Assembly (NCBI GenBank): GCA_027604505.1
Contig: JADIIX010000131.1
Span: 1-64,000 of the forward strand
Length of the DNA stretch: 64,000 bases
Direction: 5' to 3'
From: Gonapodya sp. JEL0774
Taxonomy: Eukaryota
A program made the position numbers and the translations under genes. The notes beneath the pieces are model-generated. The model made no database searches. It saw only the letters and a program-made list of their open reading frames with translations, and was not told the DNA's origin. Positions 50,979 through 63,469 of the stretch are shown piece by piece (position 1 is the first letter of the stretch; every line of letters begins with the position of its first letter).

Positions 50979-52995
50979 TCATTCGTCCCGTTCAGCCTTG
51001 TACAATTCCCACCCTTCCTCCCACCCTTCCACCTCTGAACTGCCGTCTTCGTTCCATTGGTCATATCCCCTATATTCCACTTCGACGATCTTCGCATCAT
51101 GGATGATACGCGCAGAACGAGCTCCGGGAGAATGAAGAGGGAATGAAGAGGGCGGCGAGCTTTGTGAGGAGGTTGAAGGTGAGGATGAGGCATCAACGAC
51201 ATCGCCGACTATCCATGCAGGCCACCCATCGAGACGAGTGATTTCTTCAATAAAGCTTCGGGCCCGGTCTCGAGGAATTGCAAGGAGGAGACCGCCTTCA
51301 CGGAAGGACCGGGGAGAGTGAATACTGTTGCGAGAGGAGTGTCAGCTGAGCTGTATACCACACACGCACCACTTGTCTCCGCACTCCTTCCCTCGGTCAG
51401 ATTATAGTTGACCACGGTATTCACTGCAGCCATCTTCTTGATTATTGGAAGTGTGTGGATGACGAATTCGACGGGTCGAGTTTGATTCGAGGCCAAGTTT
51501 TTTGCGTGGCCCAACAAGCCAAACCCGGTTACGTCGGTACAAGCGTGGGCACCTTTCGATGGTATACAAATATGATGTTGGGGTATGGCAGAAGGCCTGA
51601 GCGGAGATAGAGCACCACAACTCACCGTATTTGCGTGCGAGCTTGGCACCTGTCCTATTCAACCTTGCCATGGTCAAAATCTGGGTCACATACGCGGCCA
51701 CCGCCTCTTCCTCTGTGATTACTCCCGCCAACCTGTCCCATCGTTCCGGCTTTTGGTCGCGCCCTTTGAGCCATACATGCACGTTGGAGGCAACTTGCGT
51801 ACCGAGGGGCTTTGTGAGGACGAGGACGTCCCCAGGAAAGGCATTAGTGGGATAGATAATGGAGCTAGACGATTCGACGGTGGTGGCCACGCCACCGATG
51901 ATGAACCCTGCGGGTAAGAATCGGGAAGGTTTAGAACAATTGGTTCAGGAGATACGGGACATGGCGAGATCTTCCCCAGTTGCTTCTGCACTATCCCAAC
52001 TCGTCAAGACATCTTGAAAACTCACACGGCGACATGACGGTCTGTCCCCCCCTCACACTCGTCCCCGCTTGTGCACATGTGTCTCGGAAGCCCTCCATCA
52101 TGAGCCTCGCCGCGGCATCCCGGTCGGATCGAAGCATGCGAGGATCGCGGCAGATACCGAGAAGCATAAGCACGTTATCGACTTCGGGAACACCCATGGC
52201 GTAGAGGTCGGAGAGAACGTTTGCAGCGGAGATTCGGCCCTGAGAGGGAATGAAGCGGGCCGATCTTAAAGACATGATCGCAATTTCAATTTATTCAATT
52301 TATTCACCTGCCAATACGGGTCATCCACGTTCGGATAAAAGAAGTCCGTGGTCTGCACCAACTTGACTCCCTTAATCCTCGTATCAGTGACGGAGGAGTC
52401 CATGAGCAATGTTGCAACATCTCGCTTGGTCAGGGCGGTAGTCAAAGTGGGGTTGGGGGTCAATTTGGGAGCGGTGGTTGATGCGGAAACGGGATCGGGA
52501 TGCTGGTGAGCAGGAGCGGGTTGGGGATGGAACACGGAGTCGGAGCGAGCGGAGGCGGAGGCGGATTCGGAAGGATTACTGTCTTCATTGATGCCCTCGA
52601 GTAGAGCATAGAGATCGTCTTGTGGAACCTTGCAGCCTTTGTTGGTAGGAACAAGTCCACGTTGTGAATGAAGAGAGCATTACTGAGTAAGACCCAAACA
52701 TGCTCTGTACCTCATCCTTTCAGTTCCGCCCATTCAACGAGGCGGAATGTTGGTGAGAGACCGACGGAGACGGGGTTGTAGGGACCACCTCGGGTCTTGA
52801 TTTCGGGTTCAATGGGGTTCAAGGGAAGTATCGTTCACGGAAGAATTAGACACGCAAACGACCATACAAAGATATCAAATAGCGGGTTTTTCGCATAGCC
52901 AGAAGAGATGAAACATTCTGTCTCTTCCGGCCGTTCAAGTCTCGTTTGTATAGTTGCTGGGTCTGCACGCACTCGCTCACCTCATGGAGTCTCAT
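50979..52995 (-). CDS. SPS2: Selenophosphate synthetase (SPS2/SelD) with in-frame UGA at the catalytic site (probable selenocysteine)
   Basis: Exons 52995-52981 (tentative), 52795-52711, 52636-52308, 52239-52026, 51907-51626, 51552-51370 and 51295-50979 total 1425 nt, in frame. Motifs FRLVEWAELKG-TGA-GCKVPQ, LVQTTDFFYP.VDDPY.QGRI..ANVLSDLYAMG, GGQT, PGDVLVLTKPLGTQ, AHACTDVTGFGLLGH and ETSGGLL. Confidence 0.95.
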
Positions 52996-53249
52996 ATTCA
53001 ATCCCAGTAGAGATTCAGATTTGCCACACGCTAGAGAGAAAACGGTCTTGTTGATTAGAAAGCGTCGTCAAATGAGAATGGTGTTGGATGATGTGAACCC
53101 CTTGTTAACTGTAAGTGTGCACCAATCAAAATCCAATTTCATCTGGACAGCAATTATATAATGTTGACGCAACGTTTCCCACTTCGATTCTCTACATTTA
53201 CATGTCAAGCATGAATAGGTAAATCCAAGTCCGCGATGCGCATCATCAT

Positions 53250-53912
53250 CTATTCTTCCCCGGCACTGAGAAATTGAAGTTGATAAGTACGTGCGAGAGG
53301 AAGGAAGTGGAACGGAATGAAGGACGACAATAAAGGAGAGTGGAAAAAGGGTCAGTGGGGTGAACTCGAGCGCTGAGCACGCAAAGACGCCATCAGTCCA
53401 CTTCCGCTCAAATCCACAGCACTACTTTCACTCGTGTTCCCTCGCAAGCAAGAATGCACAGCTCAAAGTAGTTGTCCGTGACTTCCGCCGCCATCGATAC
53501 ATATGGTGGACCCGGGACTTGGCGACGGTTGCTCCCATGCAAGGCAAGTCCAAACGGGAAGAAAGCTACTATCGACTCACCGAATTGACCTCTCGTATTC
53601 TTTCACACCCCACGAGTAGACACCGCAGAACACCAGGATGGCGGGTCCAACGTAAGGGAGCTGGGCAACTGTACGACGGTAGACGTTGTAGATGGATTTT
53701 GAGAAAACACCGGCAAAGGGTTTTTGGCGGAAAGGCGAGATGGCATAGGCCTTGATGCCCATGTGGGGCAAGTTGCCAAGGTGACCCCTTCGAAGCCAGT
53801 TGAGGACGGGATGTGGGAACAAGGGAGGACGAGAGCGGAAGCGTGAAAGTTCAGTGAAGATTCGAGAAAAAGAGGGGGAAGCGGAAGAGCGTGCGCACCA
53901 GTGTTGACCCAT
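53250..53912 (-). CDS. QCR8: Cytochrome bc1 complex subunit 8
   Basis: MGQHW|GHLGNLPHMGIKAYAISPFRQKPFAGVFSKSIYNVYRRTVAQLPYV...WGVKEYERSIR|AGEE*. Confidence 0.9.
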
Positions 53913-54342
53913 GAGTGTCGTAGGGAATTCAAGACAAGATCAGAAAGGCTCCAAGAAGAAAACTTCGGTCAACTCGCTCACCACACACAATGCTATTACA
54001 TAAATTATACAATTGTACCTGATGACAGGTGCTTTCATATCAATTCGGTAAAGTCCACATGAATATGATGCGGCTCCAAACAATTCCGCATGGTCTCATC
54101 GAGAAAGATGCACTGTTGCCGTCGTCTCAGATTAGCTAACCCGGCATGGCTGCAAACAATGAAAGTGCCCGCAGCATCACTTTTACGGTTGCAGGAATAG
54201 TGATTACCCTCTGTGATAGCAAGAGGATTACGAGGAATGAGTTTTGTATATTGGTTTGTCCCAGCGTGGTGTAACATGTGTTTGTCGTTTCCCAATGGGT
54301 GGCCGCAGTCCGAGAAAAGCCTGGCGTCCACAATCTGACGAA

Positions 54343-57300
54343 AATGACCGAAAACAAACCTCCGCCGTCGCCACCTTCTGAGCAAAACTGGCAAGCTCTT
54401 CAAAGCTTGACCCCACCCCCGCCGCCTCCTCCGGCACAGGCTGATCCGCCCCCACCTGGTCTCAGCGTTATGCCAACAGCGACCACCATTGTTCCTCAAC
54501 CACCACAACACCAGCTCGCTCAATACCCCCAGTATGGTGCCTATCCTAGTTTTACTGCCTCGCCAACCTTGCCAAGCTCCCAGCCGTTTGGCCGAGACGC
54601 CTACAGCGGGTACCAGTTCGATTCCAGAATGCTTGAACAGTACTGGGCACAGGCCTATTATCAGACTCAAATGGCTCAGTATTATGCTAGTGCAGCTTAC
54701 ATGGCTGCCGCCGCTAATCAGACTCCGACATTCCAGGGAACGCCGGTATCCCAAACCCAGTCCGCAACCACGGCCGTCTCGGCATCACAACAGTCGCCAG
54801 ATACAGAGGACAAAATGGACATTTATCAGAACTCTGAAGGTAAACTCATGTCGACCGCGAGCTCTGCTTCCGTTGCCGCCAAGCCTGCCGGAACTGCGAA
54901 CTCTGTTACCGTTGCCGTCAAGCCTGCCGGAACTGCGAGCTCTACTTCCGTCGCCGCCAAGCGTGCCGGAGCCGCTGTGCAGCCCAAGCTGGAATTAAAC
55001 GATCCTGCTGATGCGTCCTCTGCGAAACGCCCAATCGCTCCAACTCCCGATGTGTCTGCTGGCTCTGCTAGCGCTGTACCTGCTGCGAAGCAGGCGCAGC
55101 AACAGCAGCTGCCTGTGTCACGCAAGGAGATTGTTGTCGGGAGGGTGCACGTAGTTGAACGGGTTCCGGAAAGTATACCTGCGCGGTCGGCATCGTCGAA
55201 GCCATCTCCGCAGGACTGTTTACCTGCGCGATCAGCGTCGTCGAAGCTATCGATGCGAGATAGTTCATCGGAGGTGCGTGCGAGTGCGAGCTCTGGATCA
55301 GATGCAAGACAGCCGCATCGGGATGGTGGTGGGTATGGTGATTCGATGTATTCGAGCAGGCTTCCAGAGAAACAGACGCGCACAGAGGGGGGACCTGCTC
55401 CTGCGCAATCTTTGAGTAGTGGGCCTGGAGCCACTTCGAGGCCCATTGGAACTCAGATGCGTAGAGAAGGTGAATCTGCTCTTACGCAAGCGTCGACCAG
55501 TGGACCTGCAGCTACTTCAAGGTCCACTCAATCTTTGAGGAGTGGGCATGAAGAGACCTCAAGACCCGCGCAATCTTCGACCAGTGGTCCTGGAGCAATT
55601 TCAAGGCCCTCCGTTACAGGTCCTGCAACGACACCCTCAACTGCCCCTCCATCATTGTCTGCCGCAACTGCGCCTCCACCATTGGCTGCCGCAACTGCGC
55701 CTCCACCATCGGCTGCCGCAACTGCGCCTCCACCATCGGTTGCCGCAACTGCGCCTCCACCATTGACTGCCGCAACTGCCCCTCCATCGTCGGCTAGCTA
55801 CATAAACCCACCAGGATTGACAGCTACATTACCGATGGTACCGCGAGACACGGGACCATTTCTGTTCATCCCACCTTCAGCAAACGCATTTTCCAATGCT
55901 GCCAACAGTAACGGACCGATTCCAGGACCTGGTCATGGGTCCATTCGCACTCATGACATTCAATCTCTATCCAAAGCTGCCCGAAAGAAGCTCCGCAGGG
56001 GAACTATGGCTCAGGCAGCCGAAATTGGTGTTCACGCCCCACTCGCGCAATTCGTACTTTCAACTACGAGCGTTGTCTACAATCCTGAGGCACCCAACAC
56101 CTGGTACATCGCTTTTCCCCTGCCATCTGTTCTGCCAAAGCCTCAGCCGATGCCAACTACAGCGCCTCCTTCCTTTGTCCCGGTGGTAGGAAGCGCTCCT
56201 CCACCACCACACCAGGCCCGTGGCAACCTAAGTGTGACAGCTCCATCCAGGCCCACTAAGAACGGCAACACTGTTAAGGACCTCGGTATTGCTGCGTTCG
56301 CAGCAGACGTTGCCAACAGACTACAGCCCCAGCCCGATGCGTCCTCTGACTCCGACTCTGAGTCTGAGTGGGAGATGCCAAAGTCGGTGAAGCCCAAGAT
56401 CGTGAACGTGCGTCCGGGACCACGTCCTTACAGTGTCGAGATTGCCACAGGAGGTACCTCGGTTGTAATGTTCGGGGATCATCAACACTCAGCCAACCCA
56501 CCAGCGCCTACCCGACAAAAGCGTCCCCTGTCGCCGCCACCAACAAGGCAATCAGCGCGATTGAAATCTGCCAAAGAACTCGATAGGAACTCTCCGAAGG
56601 TGAACTCTACGACAGAGAGACCCGATCAGCACGAGGAGCAGACACCTGGTTCGAGGCCTTTGCTCTTCAGCTTCACTCAGGCACTGCAGGCAGCATCTTA
56701 CGGAAACAAAAAGCCGAAGGACAGCGATGGTTACTGCAAGCGTTGCGACTATCTGGGAAAGGTCAGTGCATACCTCTGTGTTGAGTCAATGTGCCCGATT
56801 TCTCGTTCTAATACTGATTCCTTGAACATTTCCTCTCGCATGGCCTTGATTACCGTCCTATCCCGCACTTCCGCTTCTTGTGTCGCTTCGATAGCACATT
56901 GTGCGACTCAAAGCTGAGCGAGAAGCCCACAGGGAGCTCGCTGTCACATTCCGCGACTCGCTTCTGGTTCTCATGCGGGTTGTTAATCGCGCCATGGATG
57001 AACGCCGGTCTAGTGGAGATCTTCAAAGCCTTCCAGAAAATTCACCGGAAATTCAACAAAGTTCTTCTGCAGTGGTCGATCACGAAGACAATGCTGCGGT
57101 TCCCATGGATATGTGTGCAGATCAGGCAAATAATTCGCAGGTATTTACGGAAAGCATACTCACACAGATCGATGGCAAGGTTACCGCACACGCAGAAACA
57201 TCGGTAGAGTCGAATCTGAAGGACACTACCGTCGGATCAGAAGACATTTTTGTTGAGGAGGGTGAGGTGCTGGAGCCATCACATGACAGTCCCCAACCAA

Positions 57301-57938
57301 TGGCAGAGGACCCTGGTCCCATCAATTCCGCTTCGCCTGGACCAGATCAAACGATGGGCACCACACCAGCAGCCCGCCGTTACCTCCTTAGCGTATTGAA
57401 TGAATTTGAACTCTCATTTTCTGCAGTTGATCGAATCTCCGTCCTTACAGGAGTGGACCTCCTTGAGGTTGTAGGAAGGCACGTGAGAGGCACTGCCGTT
57501 TTGAGTGGACGCACGGCAGTTTCGATCACCCCAGATGCAACAGAAACAGAAGATCTCATGGGCAACAGTGGCCCTGAATCTGAGATAGACCGGAGGGTCA
57601 CTACTCGGGCCTCGGAGGAGAACAAAAGGAGGGTCGCAGTGCCGCGGAACCATGCACAGGCACCTTCCGAGCCCATTGATGTGGATGCTATGTTCGGTTC
57701 TAATGAGGATGATGATTTAGCGGACATGGATGTGGTGTGGGTGAAGTCAGACACTGGACACTGGGGTTTGGGTTTAAAGAGAGCAGACCGGCCTGTAGAG
57801 AAATCAGAAGATCGACCACAAAAGAAGAGGAAGCTCAACGAGCAGGCTTCAGCAAGCGCGCAAGCTCCCAAGGTGAGAAAGAAGAACTGGGAAGACGGTT
57901 GGAGCCATCCTCGGATGCAAGTGTCGGATACCGAGTAA
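54343..57938 (+). CDS. Large Pro/Ala/Ser-rich hypothetical protein
   Basis: ORFs 54278-56917 and 56901-57938 joined by an intron (GTCAGT...TAG), giving YCKRCDYLGK|HIVRLKAE. Contains 27-bp AATAPPPxA repeats. Confidence 0.65.
55640..55790 (+). repeat. 27-bp coding tandem repeat (~5.5 copies; AATAPPPxA)
   Basis: Unit gccgcaactgcgcctccacca(tt/tc)ggct. Confidence 0.9.
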
Positions 57939-58146
57939 AGTTTGAATTGGAGGTGGATAACGGAACCCTGTGTAAGGTCTGCAGTACAATTTTCTCCCAC
58001 TTTCTTTAAATTGATGCGGTGACTGGGGGGAGAAGAGGAAGCGAGGGAGTTTTTGAGCACCATGTGTATACAACATGAAAAGCTTTAAACAATCATCAAT
58101 AATTCTGCCACTGCCAATTCTGTTAAATAGTTGGAGAGCTACAGTG

Positions 58147-61100
58147 TCAACTTTGCCGCGACTTGGGCAGCGCATCCGTCGATGGGGGAGGACGGCCCCG
58201 AACGAGCGAGAGTGGCAAGGCAGGAAGATCTGAAGGGGGGTACCGCCGCCCCAATGTATGTGACTTGTAAGGAATAATGGGAGGCGGTGCACTTCGCCCG
58301 GAGAGTGGATTATCCGGGACATCTACGTGTCCAGGTACTTGTCGCCTAGATTCCGGTAGTGATGCAACAGCCGCGTCACCACGGCGGGTGGAATCTACTA
58401 ACGAGCGAGGTCCACCTTCTGCTAGTTCTGATTGCAACGGTCGCTGGAGTCCGGAGTCTCTTGTAGCTTGGTGCCGCGGTCGGGTGGAGGAGCTCGAAGG
58501 AACAGAGGCCTCTCTACCCAAGTCTGTGGGTAGTGTCATAGAAGTCACTAATGCTGATGGCTTTGAGACAGCGACAGCAGACGAAGGTTGAGTAGGACGT
58601 TTCGATACAGCGGAAGGTTTTTGGGAGGATGAATGGGCTACGTGTGTGCGCGATGTCCCTGAGTGCGCCTCAAGCTCAGTAGATCTTCTTCCTCTGGACC
58701 TCCTATTCTCCGCACCAGATTCCATATGGGGCTCTTGAGCGACTGGATTCGAAGCACTAGTTTCAGATCGTGACCGCGTTCGGAGCTGATGTACTTGGGC
58801 AGGCAAGGGGTCCATAGGGGGAACAGCTGACATGTCCACACCAGATCGCGAGCTTGTTGACATCGCCACACCAGATCGTGAGCTTGTCGACACCTCCACA
58901 CCAGATCGTGAGCTTGTGGGTATTCGATATTCTCCTAGTTTTGGTGGGGATTTTGGGGAAGGCATGGATGATGCTGGTGGAGTTTGCAGGCGGCCCTTGC
59001 CAACAATTATATTTAATCCCGATTCCCTTTTCAATGAGATCAAAGGTGTTGCAGCACGTTCACGCTCAGCTGCATTCGGAGGTAAAACAGATTGCGAAGA
59101 CACCTCCATCCTGGAATGGGGGTCAGGTGTGACATGAAACACAGGTCCCACTGCACTCGAATGATCTTGTGCCAGTGCCACCACTCTGACACGGGGAGCC
59201 GGAGACTGCGCTCCCTTCTCCCCGGAATTCTTCATTAAATCACCAGTTTGTTGAACAGCCGAAGGAAGGTCGCTGTTGCTTGTTCTCGCATGCGATGGGC
59301 GAGACAGGGAGTTTTTTTGACCAATTCGCGATGAAAACGGTTTGTAGGGAACGTAGGTTGGCTGAACAGGGAAAGAGGTGACATTGGGAGAGAGATTGTC
59401 GGGCTTCTGGTCCTGCCGATGAACTGCATCAGATGGGGTCATCTCGTCAGAGGCGATGCTATCTACAGCAGCCGAGGATTTCAAAATCGAGACGGGATCT
59501 GATCCCTTAGAAGCTGCAGAAGAATATTTGAGACTTGTTCGTTCACTACCTGGAACGTTCGGGTTGGATCGCTCGGTTTGTAAGTTATCACCAATGTTCG
59601 GCTTTGTTCCAGACTTGAGATTCTCATTTCGTCCCCGCGAATTATCCGCCGCTGATATCGACGTGGGCCCGCCACCAGGATTAGGTCTTGATGGAGTATT
59701 GCGTGGGGATTTAGAGAAGGACATATTGCCTTCGCGAATTTGAGAGGCGATCCGTTCCAATTTATCCAGCAGTCGTGGGCCAGCGTGTGGACTTGTATTA
59801 GAGCCATCAGCATGACCAACAGTCTGCGCCTTTTGGAGGGCCGAGTTCATTTGATCTTTCGGTGGTAAACTGGACACGTCCAATGTGAAACGTCGTGACG
59901 ATCAATGTATGACTAATCGGATCGTCATGACTCACATTGTCCCAGATCCCATAGAAAGTTTCGTGCGGGAAGCCATGCTAGCCCGAGACATAATGACTCG
60001 GGAGGAGATTTTGGAATTGTCAGAGTTCCCAGACTTCTTTTGAGCGAATTTACGTTCTTCCTCTTCGAACTCTTTTCTCCGTTTTTCTTCGGCTTCCCGT
60101 TCTAGCACAATTATGTTTCATTTGCATTTTTTGTTAGCCGGTAATCGGATGATGAGAAAGTTTTGCCAAAGAGTGAAGTACCTTGTTCAGCACGTCGTCG
60201 TCTGTCTTGCTCCTTCTTCTCCTCAACATACTTCAAAATTTGCTCTCGCACTGAAGGTCTACTGGCCAGAATGGCATCAAAGTCCTCACGTGTTAAAACT
60301 GCTAGCTCCGTCTGTGCTATTGCCCGAATAGAGGCAGTTCGTTTAATATTCTCCATGAGAGCAATCTCACCTAGTTACCAGCAACGATGCATTCGTGTGT
60401 GCGTGTGTGGGGGGGTGTTACTTGGTGCTCTGGCCATTAGCCATAAAACGAAGTATTCCTCACCAAAAAATTTGCCTTCTCCAAGAGTCACAAAAACTTT
60501 CGTGTCTTTAAAGACTTCCACTGCACCGCTTTTGACGAAGTACATCTCGCTGGCTTCATCTCCCTCACGAAAGACACACCATCCTGGGAGCACGGTTAGT
60601 GGCCGCAGCGCCAACACTATGGATTGTTGAAAGGACAAGTCCAGATCTTTGAACAAGGGAAGACTTTGAACTAGTTTGAGGTAGAAATGTGTGTAGATGT
60701 CCACTTGCAGGACACGAGGAAGTTCCTGCGGGGTCAGTTTTGGCTTCAGCAAAGAAACCGTACGCTTGATTCAGAAGAGCGAAGCATACCCTGAACATAT
60801 TTGACTCGTCGATTCCTTGCGTTCTAACGTATCGAAACTGCTCGTGATCCAATATCCTTTTCTGAATCTCCTTAGGCAAAGCTATCCCGATATCGAACAT
60901 CAATTACTGTTCAAGCTAACAGGAAGCTCACACAAAGCCAGTACCTTTCTGCTGCATGTACTTTTGCAGCTGGAAGACTCTACGACGATGTTTTTCGGCA
61001 AGCTCTTGCTCCTCCTCGGACGAATCCATATATCTGGCGAAATCACGTTGTGAGTAAACAACCGGAAAACTTTTTCCATAAATTAACGACTGAGCGCACC

Positions 61101-62573
61101 GTATAATCGATGCCAGTGATCCGAAGAGACTACCGTAAACAATCTGCGGAAATGCCAACAAGAGTATCAGAACTTAAATTGCCTCATAGTCAATCGACGA
61201 CCCTAATACGTACGGCAGCCAGCAAAATCTCTACAACCAGATGATAATAGAAGGTGCATTTGTCGGTTGTACATGATTATTCTTTGACGACGCAAGGAGC
61301 TCACCGACAAGACAGTAGACCCTCTCGGGGACAGTCTCCACGTCTCTAAACACGAAGAAAACCGCTTTCTCCGCTGCAAACAAGGATCGCAGGTACCGAT
61401 AGCCTAGATCCACATCTGCGTGTCTGTACTGGTCCTCATAGCCGAGCATGTTCAAGCGGATCCATGATTTCTCATGTGACAAGATGGACGAGAGGAACCA
61501 AAAGGCGCAAGCGCTCAGATGAGACACCAAGACGATCAAAAATATATTTTTTGCGAGTCGAGATACCGTCATCTGTTGTGTAAAGTGAACACCATGAGAT
61601 CATTCTTCATGCCTCAAACACGACAACCCACATGGATCATAGAAAGTTTGACGGTGATGAGAAAGTGCAATAACTTGCTCATTGGAATGAATCGTAGGAG
61701 TCTTAGTATTGCCCACAGACGGTAGGGATCGAAAACGCTGGATAGTAGGAATGCTTAGAGTTCACTGCATCCTCTGAGGTTCGCCCGCAACAATGGATGC
61801 TTACCCAAGCGGAGAACACGTAGCTTCTTCTATCAAAAATTCATACAAAAGTGGAGTAAGGTCCCATGGAATGTTTGCCAGAACGGACAGCCATCCTCGT
61901 CGCTTCAAAAAGTATTCGTTTCGAACTGCAGACCCGGGCAGAATAACGTGTAAAAAGGGAGAGTTCTCCCAGATTAGGTGCTCAAACGGGCATTCGCTCT
62001 ACGCACTCTTTCTGAAATCCGTCACCAGCAAACCGAACTCGTCCCGGTATGACTTCGACATGTCAATGATGCAATCCAACAAACCCACTAGGTCACTGAT
62101 ATGTCGCAGAGGAGAATGAGTCTAGTATCTTGGTAAAGTCTACCCCTTTCTTCTTCTGGTGGTGCTTCTCACCTGAGGTAGAAGAGTGCCAGAATGGTGG
62201 GATGCATCAAGTCACACGTCCACGCCACCGCCATGGGTATGAATATCATGTTGGCAAACTGCGACACCAGCAGAACTCTGTCGAATGCCTCCCATACAGA
62301 ACTGCTTCCGTCCAACGGTTTGATACGGCCCATCGCCTCTTCGACAGCTCCAATTGCCTCCATCATCCGATCCCAGCATCCAAACGTAAACCTCAAGACC
62401 ACCCTGGGTATCCAATGATGCTCCACCTCTCCTACAATGTCCAGAGCATCGTCATCGTCAGAGTGCGTGGAGAGATCCCCTTCCTCTCCCTGGGTGGGCC
62501 GATCGTCGGAAGGGGATGAGACGAGCACCGGCGGGACCCCCTCCTCCATGCGGCCAGGATTGCCTTCGGGCAT
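58147..62573 (-). CDS. Cyclic-nucleotide-binding-domain (CNG/HCN/EAG superfamily) 6TM ion channel with long disordered C-tail
   Basis: S1-S6-like segments (W.AFD..LL, ANIPWDL, LRLLRF, SHLSACAFWFL, IVYGSLFGSLASII); C-linker (LQKYM..K, LP..LQVDI); CNBD VFREGDEASEMYFVKSGAVEV...GKFFGE|IAL..RTASIRA. Confidence 0.88.
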
Positions 62574-63469
62574 GGCAATGTTAAAGTCGAGACTCAACCT
62601 CTAGGGCAATTTGGATGGTGCGATTGTAGAGAGCTTAGAGTAAGATGAAGGTGGTTGAGGTCCTGTGGTTGATCGGGTGTGTATTTATTAGATCGAAAGG
62701 GTTGCCTTCCACCCACCCTTCGGGATGCCTGACTGGCGCGCCAGCAGGCGTCTCCCTCCACCATCTCTCCAACAGTCTAGAAATGATGTATTATTATATT
62801 AACTTATCAACTTCGGAACAATTGAGGAAGAGGTGCCCTGAAGAGACGCAGAATAGCAAGGCCTGTATGGCACACGCCTGAACTTGCAACAACGGATATC
62901 TGCTGTTCGAGGTGATGGGAACGCGGCATCAGGCATGTGCAAGCGCCTTGATTCATAGGAATGCAGAGTTGGGGAGGACGCATTGTGACCACATATTGAA
63001 AACGGCTGAAGCAGGATGGAACTCTCGGTGGACGCGGACAGGAGAAAGAACGCCAACAATTGGGATATTGATTAAGTGAGTAAGTACGTCATTTAATAGC
63101 TTGATTTACAGGTCTGGAGTAGTGTGTGAATGCATGTGGTGGGTTCCGATCCCCTTGTTAGGGTCGCCGGTGTTGCTTAGATGAAATTATTCACACACGT
63201 CACCTTCACACGCATCAAGGGTGGACTGAATAGATTTGTTTACAATCATTCCGTCGTGAGCTTGTTCTCTTCTCCTCTTTGTCGACTCCTTCACCAATCC
63301 GATACATTTTACCTCGAAAATTACCTGAGCAATATTGCGATCCGGAAGGGACCCATCATCCGCGCACTCAATTCCCTCACGACGTCATAATTTTATCTAT
63401 ACACCTTCAATTTATTTCCTCTCTCCACTCGCCTGCCACCATCCCCACCCGACTCGCCACCCCCACATC

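Noticed and set aside
52712..52714. SPS as a pseudogene with a premature stop
   Set aside because: The only stop falls exactly on the Sec/Cys catalytic column, and all other exons, splice sites and motifs are intact.
52868..53030. Alternative upstream SPS exons with extra in-frame TGAs (…GIEYETP*ECFISSG…)
   Set aside because: No start codon in that frame and no homology recognised. The simpler MRLHE|TRGGPY model fits, although the true start remains uncertain.
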